Below are positions 1-9,766 of a DNA stretch of 46,464 nucleotides, piece by piece (positions within the stretch are counted from its first letter, which is position 1; each line of letters starts with the position of its first letter). The position numbers and the translations under genes are program-made. The notes below the pieces were generated by a model. It was not told the origin of the DNA, did no database searches, and worked only from the letters and a program-made list of their open reading frames with translations. The stretch is from Candidatus Micrarchaeota archaeon (lineage in GTDB: Archaea; Micrarchaeota; Micrarchaeia; Micrarchaeales; CABMGC01). Location of the stretch: the NCBI GenBank assembly GCA_028866935.1, contig JAGWHH010000002.1, positions 1 to 46,464 of the forward strand, written 5' to 3'.

Positions 1-1
1 G

Positions 2-412
2 CTTCTTAGGATAATTAGCATTGCGTTATTGCTGAATAACGATTATTCAATCGAAGCAAACACACTATTGCCATATGTTCTCAATGCAATTTCTAGGCAG
101 CCTACTATTCAAGAGAAGCAAAACGTTAATTTAAGCAGGGACGGATATAGGATCTTGTCCAGACGGATAATAAGCCTCATTTCAATAAACAAAAAGCTAA
201 GCAAAGAGTTTGATTTGATATATCGGGATTTTTTGAAGACTGCAGCTGCACTCGTATCAACAAAATACATCTCAAATACGAATTTTAATCAAATATGCGA
301 GGAAACCGGCCTGAGCCAAAAACAAGTCTCTGAAACAATAGAATACCTAAAGAAAAATGGAAATAAACTGATTTTCAACTCGAAAGGAAACTTTGACATA
401 GTGAAAGTATGA
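2..412 (+). CDS. Hypothetical protein, 5' end outside window; possible C-terminal HTH-like segment
   Basis: Frame is open from position 2 to TGA 412, which overlaps the next ATG (ATGA); no family motif recognised. Confidence 0.45.
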   Translation, partial: LLRIISIALLLNNDYSIEANTLLPYVLNAISRQPTIQEKQNVNLSRDGYRILSRRIISLISINKKLSKEFDLIYRDFLKTAAALVSTKYISNTNFNQICEETGLSQKQVSETIEYLKKNGNKLIFNSKGNFDIVKV

Positions 413-861
413 AAAGCGAGATTCTTAATACAGCAATTGGCTTTATTCCAATACTTCTCGGGCTGGCAGTTCTATTATTATCAAGGTCAATAACACTAAT
501 CACACCAAAAATCCAAATAGAAACTTCTAGCATAGAAAGTCTAATAGAAACTGATACGTTCGGATACGAAGAAGCGCAAACTGAGACCGTCTCTTTAATT
601 AAAGACCTTCTTATCGTAAAAGGTAAGTTGCCAAAAAGCAGGAACATCAAACTTTTAAAGTATGCAATCAAAAATGCCGGCATAATAACTTGCCAAAGCT
701 TTCAAGATAAGCAAACGCCGACTTTGCTTAAAACCAAGAAAATTATCCTCCTGTTTAGGGATCAAAGGCTAGTAACCCGCCTATTCGCTTCGCCATCTTC
801 CCTATCAGGTATACTTTTGACATATCATATTGATGGAAATCTTAATTTGGTAACTTCATGA
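409..861 (+). CDS. Hypothetical membrane-anchored protein
   Basis: N-terminal hydrophobic helix (IGFIPILLGLAVLLL); ATGA coupling at both ends. Confidence 0.5.
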   Translation: MKSEILNTAIGFIPILLGLAVLLLSRSITLITPKIQIETSSIESLIETDTFGYEEAQTETVSLIKDLLIVKGKLPKSRNIKLLKYAIKNAGIITCQSFQDKQTPTLLKTKKIILLFRDQRLVTRLFASPSSLSGILLTYHIDGNLNLVTS

Positions 862-1049
862 GCATAGAAGGCACTGCACTGTTCATAACAAAATTGGGTG
901 CACTGATTTGTAGCGTCTATATTCTAGCAATGCTGATATTTGACTGGTTGGGCACGCAGAACAAAAACGGCATAAAGAAAGTATTGGCGTTTTTTATTTT
1001 GTTTCTGTCAACTTCCCTGTTTTATATACTGATTGTATGGCATATCTAG
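858..1049 (+). CDS. Small two-TM membrane protein
   Basis: Two hydrophobic helices; ATGA overlap with upstream gene. Confidence 0.5.
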   Translation: MSIEGTALFITKLGALICSVYILAMLIFDWLGTQNKNGIKKVLAFFILFLSTSLFYILIVWHI

Positions 1050-1288
1050 ACGAAGTTCTTAACGGCTGGCCAATACAAGGTAAGCCAGCATCATGCATTA
1101 TGATATCTAACGCATCAGTGACAGCTGCAATACTTGCAACCATATTTGTAAACGCGAAACTAATCGCCATAATTTCAGTTGTAATTTCTCTGGTTACGAT
1201 AAAATCCGCCCAAAATACAAGACATATTAAGGTATCAATGATAAACCTGGTGACACTGTGGACACTTTTATTAATACTTATTTTATGA
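1037..1288 (+). CDS. Small hydrophobic membrane protein
   Basis: Hydrophobic segments; start uncertain. Confidence 0.35.
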   Translation: MAYLDEVLNGWPIQGKPASCIMISNASVTAAILATIFVNAKLIAIISVVISLVTIKSAQNTRHIKVSMINLVTLWTLLLILIL

Positions 1289-1336
1289 AATCTCCAAAGC
1301 CTAAGCATTTAAAGAATACCTTGCGAATATACTATC

Positions 1337-2206
1337 ATGAAGTTTCAAAGCGCAATGGAGTATCTCTCCACCTACGGTTGGGCTGTGCTAGCAATTTTCA
1401 TAGCGCTTGTTGCACTCTATGCCTTTGGCGCTTTCAACGGAAATACTTACGCACCAAAAGCCTCTCCAGGATCATGCACTGTATCAAAGAACACCTTTGG
1501 GACTCCAACTTTGTCTGGCGTATGCACAAGCCAAATCCCCCAGTTTGTCGCATCTTTTAGCGGCAACGGCGGTATTAGCGTAAACACAATGCTTGTAGCT
1601 CCTACAGCAACACAGTTCTCCGAATCCTCATGGGTGTACTTCACCAAGTTACCTTCAGTGAGCGGAACAGGATATGGGATTGCAGGCGAAGGCGTCTCAC
1701 CTTACTGCAATACAGGAGGCGTTTACTGCTTTGGGATATATCTGGCAAGTGCAAGCCCATACCTCTTTTTTGGTTTTGATGGCTGCGGCAACATTAACAC
1801 TGGCGGCTCATTCACTTTTGCCAAGAACACCTGGTATAATCTAATCGCCACATTTGGAAGTACAAGCACAATCTACGTAAACGGAAAAGCATATGCTTCA
1901 GGCACAGGGGTCGCTATGTGCAATTACAATGTAAATTTCAACATAGGTTCTGATGGCGGCGGCGATTATTTCGATGGTTACATGTCAAACGTTCAACTAT
2001 ACAACACTACCTTATCTGCAGCCAGCGTACAAGCATTATACAATGAAGGAATAGGCGGAGCCCCAATAGACCTACAGGACCTTGTTGGATGGTGGCCCCT
2101 TAACGGTGACACAAAGGATTACTCAGGAAACGGGAATAGCGGCTCAGCCAGCGGAGTGAGCTTTATTAGCAGCTGGTATAATACGTACGCCCCTCCAGGA
2201 TCCTAG
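1337..2206 (+). CDS. Class III signal peptide (pilin-like) LamG/concanavalin-like domain surface protein
   Basis: MKF-QSAMEYLSTYGW with Q+1/E+5 and hydrophobic helix; LamG motifs WYNLIATF, YVNG, FDGYMSNVQLYN, LVGWWPLNG. Confidence 0.88.
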   Translation: MKFQSAMEYLSTYGWAVLAIFIALVALYAFGAFNGNTYAPKASPGSCTVSKNTFGTPTLSGVCTSQIPQFVASFSGNGGISVNTMLVAPTATQFSESSWVYFTKLPSVSGTGYGIAGEGVSPYCNTGGVYCFGIYLASASPYLFFGFDGCGNINTGGSFTFAKNTWYNLIATFGSTSTIYVNGKAYASGTGVAMCNYNVNFNIGSDGGGDYFDGYMSNVQLYNTTLSAASVQALYNEGIGGAPIDLQDLVGWWPLNGDTKDYSGNGNSGSASGVSFISSWYNTYAPPGS

Positions 2207-2242
2207 CGATCATTTATATATCCTAATTTGAAATTCATTATC

Positions 2243-3139
2243 ATGAAGTTTCAAAGCGCAATGGAGTATCTTACTACATATGGTCTGGCAATATTCGCGA
2301 TACTCATCGCTCTAATACTCCTGTATGGGCTTGGTGTTTTTAGCGGAAGCAACTATGTACCTAAAGCCTCTCCAGGATCCTGCATTGTGCAGAAAAACTC
2401 CTACGGCGGCTCTTCATTAAGGGGCGACTGCTTAGGTGCCATACCTGAATATGCTACAGCGCTAAGTGGGGCGGGCTCTGTGACAATCAGTTCATTTACG
2501 GCCATAAACGAGATAGACAACGGCCAGCCATTCTCAGTTAGTGCATGGATCTATCCCACGTCATTTACAACGTGCGAGAACAATGTTTTATCATCATCTG
2601 TCGGAGGCGTTTCAAGTTTCACCAACCTCTTTTCATTCGGAGTGACAGGCATAGGCAATACTGGCGGTATTACGTGGGGCCCGCCAAGAATCATGTTTGA
2701 GCTATGGGATTCCACTCATAACCAGAACACTCTAATGGGAGCAACTACTCTTAACCCAAACAACTGGTATTTCATAGCTGGAACATACAGTGGCAGTAGT
2801 GTTACACTTTATCTAAATGGGCAGCAAGACAATACCTTTGCGTTCGGCGTAACCAATTCAGGGTCAATTCCGCTGACTATCAATAAGGGCTACGGCTTCT
2901 GTAATGGCCATATCAACGGTATAGTATCAAATATTCAGATTTACAACGCATCTTTATCATCAAACAGCATACTGGCTCTTTATAAGGAAGGAATAGGCGG
3001 ATCTCCTATAGATCTGCAGAATATAATAGGATGGTGGCCCCTTAACGGCGATACCAAGGATTACTCTGGAAATAACGGCAACGGGGTTGGAACTAATCTG
3101 GCGTTTGTCAATGATTATCCTCTACCGCCCTCATCATAA
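2243..3139 (+). CDS. Class III signal peptide LamG domain surface protein, tandem paralog
   Basis: ATG 2243 matches the paralog start; WYFIAGTY, LYLNG, ISNIQIYN-like and IIGWWPLNG motifs. Confidence 0.88.
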   Translation: MKFQSAMEYLTTYGLAIFAILIALILLYGLGVFSGSNYVPKASPGSCIVQKNSYGGSSLRGDCLGAIPEYATALSGAGSVTISSFTAINEIDNGQPFSVSAWIYPTSFTTCENNVLSSSVGGVSSFTNLFSFGVTGIGNTGGITWGPPRIMFELWDSTHNQNTLMGATTLNPNNWYFIAGTYSGSSVTLYLNGQQDNTFAFGVTNSGSIPLTINKGYGFCNGHINGIVSNIQIYNASLSSNSILALYKEGIGGSPIDLQNIIGWWPLNGDTKDYSGNNGNGVGTNLAFVNDYPLPPSS

Positions 3140-3855
3140 GTAAGGAACCTTGTCAATAATTCCGCTACTTTTTCCGCAGTGCCATAATGCGGAGTGTGCT
3201 TTGCGTTTATCATATCCAACACGCTCCCCTTTATGAGCCTATGAAAACTATCTGCATAGGCCGGGCTTATTAGGTCATCTCCACTGCCCCATACTATCAA
3301 GCATTTACATTTTATCATGCTCAAAACACCTGCATCAAGCAACATACCTGAATTATCTGCATTAAGAGTACTCCTAAGGACGTACTCCCTTGGATTTAGC
3401 GTCAATGCCCTCTTTACCATGTGCTCTATGTATCCTGTGTTGTAAATTTTCCTGTTCTCCATAAATTCGCGCAGCCCTGAAGGAGATTCCAACACGAGCC
3501 CTTCAGCATCATTATATGCCGCATAATATGCAGCAAGCCATCCACCATAAGAATGTCCGAATAATACTGTGGGCCTACCTACTGCCCTCTTTATGAAATC
3601 ACATAAGATTTCGTATTGCATTTTTAATGTATATTCGATTTTTGGAGCCTCTGACATGCCATGCCCGATTAAATCTACCAGGTAAATGTCAAGGGAATCT
3701 GGCAGAAACTCCACAAGACGTGTCCAGCTCTTCACACTAGCAGCCAATCCATGCAAGAATACAATTGGCGTAGTGTTTCCATCATGATGCTTGTAATGTA
3801 ATTTGCCGTATTTAGTCTCAAAAAATGCACTATCAAAATCAGCGTCTATATTCAT
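3115..3855 (-). CDS. Alpha/beta fold hydrolase
   Basis: VFLHGL, DLIGHG, nucleophile GHSYGG, C-terminal His (KHTPH). Confidence 0.9.
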   Translation of the reverse strand: MNIDADFDSAFFETKYGKLHYKHHDGNTTPIVFLHGLAASVKSWTRLVEFLPDSLDIYLVDLIGHGMSEAPKIEYTLKMQYEILCDFIKRAVGRPTVLFGHSYGGWLAAYYAAYNDAEGLVLESPSGLREFMENRKIYNTGYIEHMVKRALTLNPREYVLRSTLNADNSGMLLDAGVLSMIKCKCLIVWGSGDDLISPAYADSFHRLIKGSVLDMINAKHTPHYGTAEKVAELLTRFLTYDEGGRG

Positions 3856-3906
3856 AATCCGTCATTTGTCTAGAAATATTATATAGTTTCACAAGAAAAT
3901 CATATT

Positions 3907-4812
3907 ATGATATATAAGAAGTTAGGAAGGACCGGAGAAAAGATTCCGGCCATAGGCATGGGCACATGGAAACTGGGTGCCAATCCAGAAGATGAAATAC
4001 ACGCAATAAGAGAAGGCATAAGGCTAGGAATGAACTTTGTGGATACTGCAGAAATGTATCATACAGAGCAGATCGTAGGAGAGGCGCTAAAAGGCCAAGA
4101 CGACGTTTTCGTTGCGACAAAGGTATCGCCAGACCATTTGCGCTACAAGGATGTAATAAAAGCGTGCGATCAAAGCCTAAAGACCATGGGAATTAAGACA
4201 ATAGATCTATACCAGATACATTGGCCAAATCCAAACATCCCCATATCGCAGACAATGCAGGCAATGGAGCGTCTTGTAAAAGAGGGCAAGATTAGGCATA
4301 TCGGTGTTAGCAATTTTTTGCCAGAAGAGTTAGTAGAAGCGCAGGAAGCGATGAAGTCCAATGAAATAGTGTCAAACCAGGTCGAATACAGCGTACTTGC
4401 CAGGGATATTGAAAAGGAGCTGCTGCAAATCTGCACCAAGGCCGGAATAACTGTAATCGCATATAGCCCTCTTGCAAGAGGGTCCGTTTACAATGGCAAG
4501 GACAAGGCATTTAGCATACTTGACAAAATTGCTAAGAAGCATAACAAGACAATAGCCCAAGTCTCACTGAGTTGGGTAATTGAAAAGGAAGACGTGATAG
4601 CAATACCAAAGACGGCAAGCCCAGATCACATGGCTGAGAATGCCAGCGCCAGCGAATTTAAGCTTGATAAAGAGGACCTTGAGCAAATAGATAGCATTCG
4701 GACAGGTTTCATGCCGATATCAAGAAGGCTTAACCGCTTTACCAAGAGAACAAGCATATTGTGGTCAAAGTTAATGGAAAAAAGGGAGAGTCTCAGAAAG
4801 TTCAAAATCTAA
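3907..4812 (+). CDS. Aldo/keto reductase
   Basis: IGMGTW, DTAEMY, IDLYQIHWP, IGVSNF, AYSPL, IPKT motifs. Confidence 0.95.
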   Translation: MIYKKLGRTGEKIPAIGMGTWKLGANPEDEIHAIREGIRLGMNFVDTAEMYHTEQIVGEALKGQDDVFVATKVSPDHLRYKDVIKACDQSLKTMGIKTIDLYQIHWPNPNIPISQTMQAMERLVKEGKIRHIGVSNFLPEELVEAQEAMKSNEIVSNQVEYSVLARDIEKELLQICTKAGITVIAYSPLARGSVYNGKDKAFSILDKIAKKHNKTIAQVSLSWVIEKEDVIAIPKTASPDHMAENASASEFKLDKEDLEQIDSIRTGFMPISRRLNRFTKRTSILWSKLMEKRESLRKFKI

Positions 4813-4881
4813 TGGGCTCTCTAAAAAAGCAACGTTTTTTATTAATTTATCCTTATTATACGTTACTTAGGTATTGGTGGA

Positions 4882-5628
4882 ATGGCAAGTTTAACTGAAA
4901 TAGCAGCATACGTCTCAGCTCTGCTCACAGTCCTGATATTCGGTATAGTTGGCACTTATATACTTGGCCAGCATGGCGGCTTCAATGTAAGGATAAACAG
5001 CATACTTGATGCTGCATATTTCACCATAGTCACAATGAGCACCATAGGCTACGGTGACATATATCCAGTAACACCAACAGCTAAATTATTTGTCATTGTA
5101 CTAATAATAGTAGGACTGGGAGTATTCCTGGGAGCAGTTGCAGCCATAACTGGTGAATTCATGAATAGAAGAATAGAAAATTTGTCTGGTAGATTAGGTT
5201 CATTCGAAAAAAGACTGATGAACAAGCACATAATACTGATAGGGTCAAATACGACAAACACATACCTTGCCGAAAAGCTTTCGGAAAGAAATGAGAAGTT
5301 CATAATGATAACAAACGATCCAACCACTTCAGAGCATCTTAAGAGGCTAGGGTACCGTGCATATGTGGCCGACTCAACTTCTGTTGTGGATATGAAGGAG
5401 TTCGAGCCGAGCAAAGCAAAGGCGCTGGTAATAGACCTGAAGGATAGTTCAAGGGCGATTTACGCATTGCTGGTCGCCAAGGAGCTTGCCGGATCATCAA
5501 AAATTGTCGTAATAGCACCAACAAAAGACGCAGAGCACCACTTAAGGAATATAGCTGCCGGAAGAGCCTTAGTGGTGAATCCCGCCGACATTGCCGCAAA
5601 GACGATAAGCGAATCAATTTTCAAGTAA
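4882..5628 (+). CDS. 2TM potassium channel with RCK/TrkA-N domain
   Basis: Pore signature TMSTIGYGDIYP between two TM helices; HIILIG Rossmann-like domain. Confidence 0.92.
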   Translation: MASLTEIAAYVSALLTVLIFGIVGTYILGQHGGFNVRINSILDAAYFTIVTMSTIGYGDIYPVTPTAKLFVIVLIIVGLGVFLGAVAAITGEFMNRRIENLSGRLGSFEKRLMNKHIILIGSNTTNTYLAEKLSERNEKFIMITNDPTTSEHLKRLGYRAYVADSTSVVDMKEFEPSKAKALVIDLKDSSRAIYALLVAKELAGSSKIVVIAPTKDAEHHLRNIAAGRALVVNPADIAAKTISESIFK

Positions 5629-5649
5629 CTTGTATTTAAAAGTGTAATA

Positions 5650-6681
5650 ATGACTTTAGTGCTAAAGCTCAATCCATCAAATCCTGACAAAAAGAAGATA
5701 GGGATAGCTGCAAATGCAATAAAAGACGGAATGGTAGTAGTCTTCCCAACAGAGACAGTTTACGGCATAGGGGCCAATGCCCTGGACAGGCATGCGGTTG
5801 AAAAGATATTCAAGATAAAAGGAAGGCCCTCTGATAACCCATTGATAGTTCATGTATCAAGCGTCAAGATGGCAGAGAGCATCGCAGACATAGATCCAAA
5901 ATACATGGAAGCAATAAAGCGAATTTGGCCAGGACCCTTAACAATAATAGCAAAGGCCAAGAAATCAATTCCCAAAAACGTCACAGGCGGCTTAGACACT
6001 GTCGCAATAAGAATGCCTGACAACAAGATTGCGCTCAGCCTGATAAAAAGCAGCGGTTTACCAATTGCAGCTCCAAGTGCGAACATATCAAAGAAGCCAT
6101 CATCAACAAAAGCGGATCATGCAAGGGGCTATTTCAACGGAAAGGTGGACATAATAATCGACGGAGGGAGAACAAAATTTGGCATAGAATCTACCGTGAT
6201 AGACCTTTATAGAAAGGAAATACTGCGGCCCGGAGCTTTTACACAAGAAGAGCTAAAGAAAAGTTTCCATGCAGATTTTAAAGAAAAGAAAGGGGTCAAA
6301 GATGGGATCAGAAGCCCAGGAATGAAATATACTCACTATTCTCCTTCTACAAAACTTCTGCTTTTTACTGGAAATGCCTCTGAACTACCCAAAATAGCCT
6401 CTGGCTACACCTTCACATTTATCGGCTCCAAAGAGTCATCAAGATTCATGAAAGGGGTTTCAGCCAATACAATAATACTTGGCAGCCGCAAAGATCTAAA
6501 TGAGATAGCATCCAACTTATTCGAAGCCCTAATAAAATTGGACAGCATGCATTCAAAATTTGCAATAATAGAGGGCTTTCCAGAGCATGGCATGGGCTTT
6601 GCAATAATGAACAGGTTAAGAAAGGCAGCCAGAGGGAACTCCTTTAAGACAAAAACTGAATTTGATAAGTTAGTGAAGTGA
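5650..6681 (+). CDS. sua5: L-threonylcarbamoyladenylate synthase Sua5
   Basis: FPTETVYG, KGRPSDNPLIVH, APSANIS, SPGMKYTHYSP plus SUA5 C-domain. Confidence 0.96.
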   Translation: MTLVLKLNPSNPDKKKIGIAANAIKDGMVVVFPTETVYGIGANALDRHAVEKIFKIKGRPSDNPLIVHVSSVKMAESIADIDPKYMEAIKRIWPGPLTIIAKAKKSIPKNVTGGLDTVAIRMPDNKIALSLIKSSGLPIAAPSANISKKPSSTKADHARGYFNGKVDIIIDGGRTKFGIESTVIDLYRKEILRPGAFTQEELKKSFHADFKEKKGVKDGIRSPGMKYTHYSPSTKLLLFTGNASELPKIASGYTFTFIGSKESSRFMKGVSANTIILGSRKDLNEIASNLFEALIKLDSMHSKFAIIEGFPEHGMGFAIMNRLRKAARGNSFKTKTEFDKLVK

Positions 6682-6697
6682 TTTCATCCCTATTAGA

Positions 6698-7150
6698 ATG
6701 ACGCTTGGGCATATTATAAAAGGCGACAAAATACTGCTAAAGGAAGCCACACGGGGGGTAAGCAAAGGAAAATGGAATGGGCCAGGCGGAAAGATAGACA
6801 AAGCCGAGACTCCAGAGCAATGCATGGTTAGGGAGGCTTACGAGGAGACCGGCCTAAAGATGGTCAAACCATTTTTCCATGGCAGGATGTTCTTCCATAT
6901 GGATGGCAAGAAGAATGTTGCAATTTTAGGCTACCTTTACTCTACAAAAAGATTCAATGGGAAAGTAAGATCAACAGAGGAAGGGCCGGTTAGATGGTTC
7001 AGCGTAAAGGAAATCCCATACGAGGGCATGTGGGATGATGATAAGGTTTGGATAAACCTTATGCTTGCAGGAAAAAGATTCGATGCGCACTTCTTTTATA
7101 ACAAGGGCAATGCCAAAATGATCAAGTGCATCATAACTCTGAAACCCTAG
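6698..7150 (+). CDS. NUDIX hydrolase, MTH1/8-oxo-dGTPase-like
   Basis: Nudix box GGKIDKAETPEQCMVREAYEETG; WNGPGG and MWDDD motifs. Confidence 0.9.
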   Translation: MTLGHIIKGDKILLKEATRGVSKGKWNGPGGKIDKAETPEQCMVREAYEETGLKMVKPFFHGRMFFHMDGKKNVAILGYLYSTKRFNGKVRSTEEGPVRWFSVKEIPYEGMWDDDKVWINLMLAGKRFDAHFFYNKGNAKMIKCIITLKP

Positions 7151-7545
7151 CCTATCTGCTCAAACTTGTAATGGTAATAAATAAGGCCCTCATCCCCGTC
7201 AACATACATCTTCCTGAACCTCACTCTTACCTTTCCTCCGATCTTCGGCTCAATTCCATTTTCTATTATGTGGCCCTCAACCATCGGACCTTCTTCAAGC
7301 TTAACTATTCCTATGTCATACGGGGCTTCGTCCTTGAATGTATCTGGCGGCACACGTATTTTGGTGAATGAATATATCTCTCCGTCTCCTTTGTACTGCT
7401 TCTCTACCATCTTGGATTTTCTCCCGCAGTTCCTGCATACAATTCGAGGAGGGAAGTAGTTCGCATTGCAATTTTCACAAGTATTCCCAACAAGGTTATA
7501 CCTGCTCCTTATCTTCCTCCATAAGCTTGCAGATGATCTTTCCAT
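7147..7545 (-). CDS. DUF35 Zn-ribbon/OB-fold protein (scaffold of archaeal thiolase/HMG-CoA synthase complex)
   Basis: CENC..FPPR..CRNC, GEIYSFT; directly downstream of thiolase. Confidence 0.93.
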   Translation of the reverse strand: MERSSASLWRKIRSRYNLVGNTCENCNANYFPPRIVCRNCGRKSKMVEKQYKGDGEIYSFTKIRVPPDTFKDEAPYDIGIVKLEEGPMVEGHIIENGIEPKIGGKVRVRFRKMYVDGDEGLIYYHYKFEQIG

Positions 7546-8709
7546 TTAGTCAGCCCTCTTGTATATGTGTACCACAGCGGTTGACCCGCTGCCTCCAACA
7601 TTATGTGTCATCCCAACATTTGCTCCATTAACCTGCCTATCTTTGGCATCTCCCCTAAGCTGCCATACTATTTCAACTGCCTGCTTAACTCCAGTAGCTC
7701 CAACCGGATGGCCACAGCCCTTAAGCCCTCCGCTTGTGTTTACGGAGAGCTTGGAGTTAAGTGCAGTCTCTCCATCAAGAATTGCCTTTCCAGCCTTGCC
7801 CTTCTGATAGAATCCAAGATCTTCCATTGCGAGTATCTCCGCTATAGTGAAGCAGTCATGAACCTCTACCACATTTATGTCCTTTGGCTGCACCTTTGCC
7901 TGCTCGTAAGCCTTAGCCGCAGCGATTTTAGTTGCTTTTAGCTCTGTTATGCTGTCCCTTTCAGCAAGTCTTAGCGTATCCGTTGCCTGTGCGCTTGCAA
8001 CTATCTTTATCGGCGTATCGTTGAACTTCCTTGCCTTCTCAAGCGGCACAAGGACAACTGCCGCAGCCCCGTCTGATATCGGGGAGCAGTCAAGAAGCTT
8101 AAGCGGATCTGATACTATCTTGGAGTTAAGCACCTCATCGATGGTTATCTTCTTCCTGAACTGTGCGAATTGGTTTTTTACAGCATTATCGTGATTCTTT
8201 ACTGCAACGCTTGCAAGCATCTCTTCCGTAGTGCCATAATCGTGCATGTGTCTGTTTGCAATAAGCGCATAAAGTCCCGGGAACGTTATTCCTTGGAAGA
8301 GTTCCCATTCCTGGTCTCCTGCGCCGCCAAGCGCTGTGCTGGCTTCTGATGAAGTAACATCAGTCATCTTCTCCACTCCGCCTACAACAACCACATCGTG
8401 TATCCCGCTAGCTACTGCTATGTATCCCTGCCTAAGCGCGCTTCCACCGCTTGCGCATGCGTTTTCAATTCTTACCGCAGGTATGTTCTTGAATCCAAGC
8501 TGGTCTGCCATAAGCGCTGCAACGTGCTCCTGGCCAGTGAACCTGCCAGGCGCCATTGTACCCCCGTAAAGCATCTCAACGTCGTTGCTTGTGATCTTTG
8601 CATCCTCAAGCGCCATGATCCCTGCCTCTGCCATCAGCTCCTTAAGCCCGGAGCTCCATCTCTCCCCGAACTTTGTTAGTCCTACTCCTACTATGGCAAC
8701 GTCTCTCAT
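7546..8709 (-). CDS. Acetoacetyl-CoA thiolase (archaeal type)
   Basis: ENACASG, EVHDCF, GHPVGATG motifs. Confidence 0.95.
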   Translation of the reverse strand: MRDVAIVGVGLTKFGERWSSGLKELMAEAGIMALEDAKITSNDVEMLYGGTMAPGRFTGQEHVAALMADQLGFKNIPAVRIENACASGGSALRQGYIAVASGIHDVVVVGGVEKMTDVTSSEASTALGGAGDQEWELFQGITFPGLYALIANRHMHDYGTTEEMLASVAVKNHDNAVKNQFAQFRKKITIDEVLNSKIVSDPLKLLDCSPISDGAAAVVLVPLEKARKFNDTPIKIVASAQATDTLRLAERDSITELKATKIAAAKAYEQAKVQPKDINVVEVHDCFTIAEILAMEDLGFYQKGKAGKAILDGETALNSKLSVNTSGGLKGCGHPVGATGVKQAVEIVWQLRGDAKDRQVNGANVGMTHNVGGSGSTAVVHIYKRAD

Positions 8710-8713
8710 GGTA

Positions 8714-9757
8714 TCAAGTCTTCTTTATCGAGTCCCTGTCCTTAAGGTATTCAGAATAATCAATATACTTCTTGTGTTTCTCTATTATGCTTCTTACAAG
8801 GTCCAAGCGGCTGCGCTTTGATTCTATGCCCTCAGTAACTTCGATTGCAAAGGAATCGCTTCCTGCGCCGGATCCAAAGCTTGTCACAAGTATCTTCTGG
8901 CCAGGTTTTGCTATGTCAAGTGTTGCAGCAAGCCCAAGCATTGACGATCCTGAATAGGTATTGCCGATTATCGGCGTAAGCAGCCCAGGCTCAATCTGCT
9001 TCATATCAAAGCCAAGCTGCGTTGAAACGTTTATAGGGAACTTTCCATTCGGCTGGTGGAATACTGCATAGTCAAAGTCAGAAGGCTTCAATCCGGTTTC
9101 CTCAAACAGCATCTTTGTAGCGCCAGTTATGTGCCTGAAATACCCAGGCTCCCCAGTGAAGCGCCCGCCGTGGGACGGAAAGCTTGCACCCTCCCTTCTC
9201 CAGAAGTCCGGAGTGTCCGAAGTGTAGCTTACCGTCTTTATTATATTAGCAATAACATCGTTTTTGCCGATTATGAATGCCGCCCCTCCAGCACTTGCAG
9301 TGTACTCAAGCGCATCCCCTGGCCTGCCCTGCGATGTGTCGCTGCCTACAGACATTCCATACTTTATCATTCCGCTGTCAACAAGCCCCATTGCCATCTG
9401 TATTCCTGCGGTGCCTGCCTTGCATGCAAACTCCAAGTCAGCGCACATTACCTTGTTTCCTGCCTCTATGGCCTGTGTAACAACAGTTGCAGTAGGTTTT
9501 ACTGCGTAAGGATGTGACTCTGATCCAACATACACTGCGCCTATCTCAGTTGCCTTTATGCCTGCATGCTTTACAGCGCGCCTTGCAGCCTCAACGGCTA
9601 TGGTAGCAGCGTCCTCATCTCTAGACGGGACGCTCTTCTCTTTAATATTAAGCCCTTTCTTTATGCTCTCAGCGTCCTCTCCCCATATCCTTGCAATGTC
9701 CTCTGTCTTTATCCTGTATATGGGTACATGGGCGCCGTATCCTACTATTCCAGACAT
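8714..9757 (-). CDS. mvaS: Hydroxymethylglutaryl-CoA synthase (archaeal)
   Basis: [43 protein letters not shown]. Confidence 0.96.
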   Translation of the reverse strand: MSGIVGYGAHVPIYRIKTEDIARIWGEDAESIKKGLNIKEKSVPSRDEDAATIAVEAARRAVKHAGIKATEIGAVYVGSESHPYAVKPTATVVTQAIEAGNKVMCADLEFACKAGTAGIQMAMGLVDSGMIKYGMSVGSDTSQGRPGDALEYTASAGGAAFIIGKNDVIANIIKTVSYTSDTPDFWRREGASFPSHGGRFTGEPGYFRHITGATKMLFEETGLKPSDFDYAVFHQPNGKFPINVSTQLGFDMKQIEPGLLTPIIGNTYSGSSMLGLAATLDIAKPGQKILVTSFGSGAGSDSFAIEVTEGIESKRSRLDLVRSIIEKHKKYIDYSEYLKDRDSIKKT

Positions 9758-9766
9758 TTTTTCACA

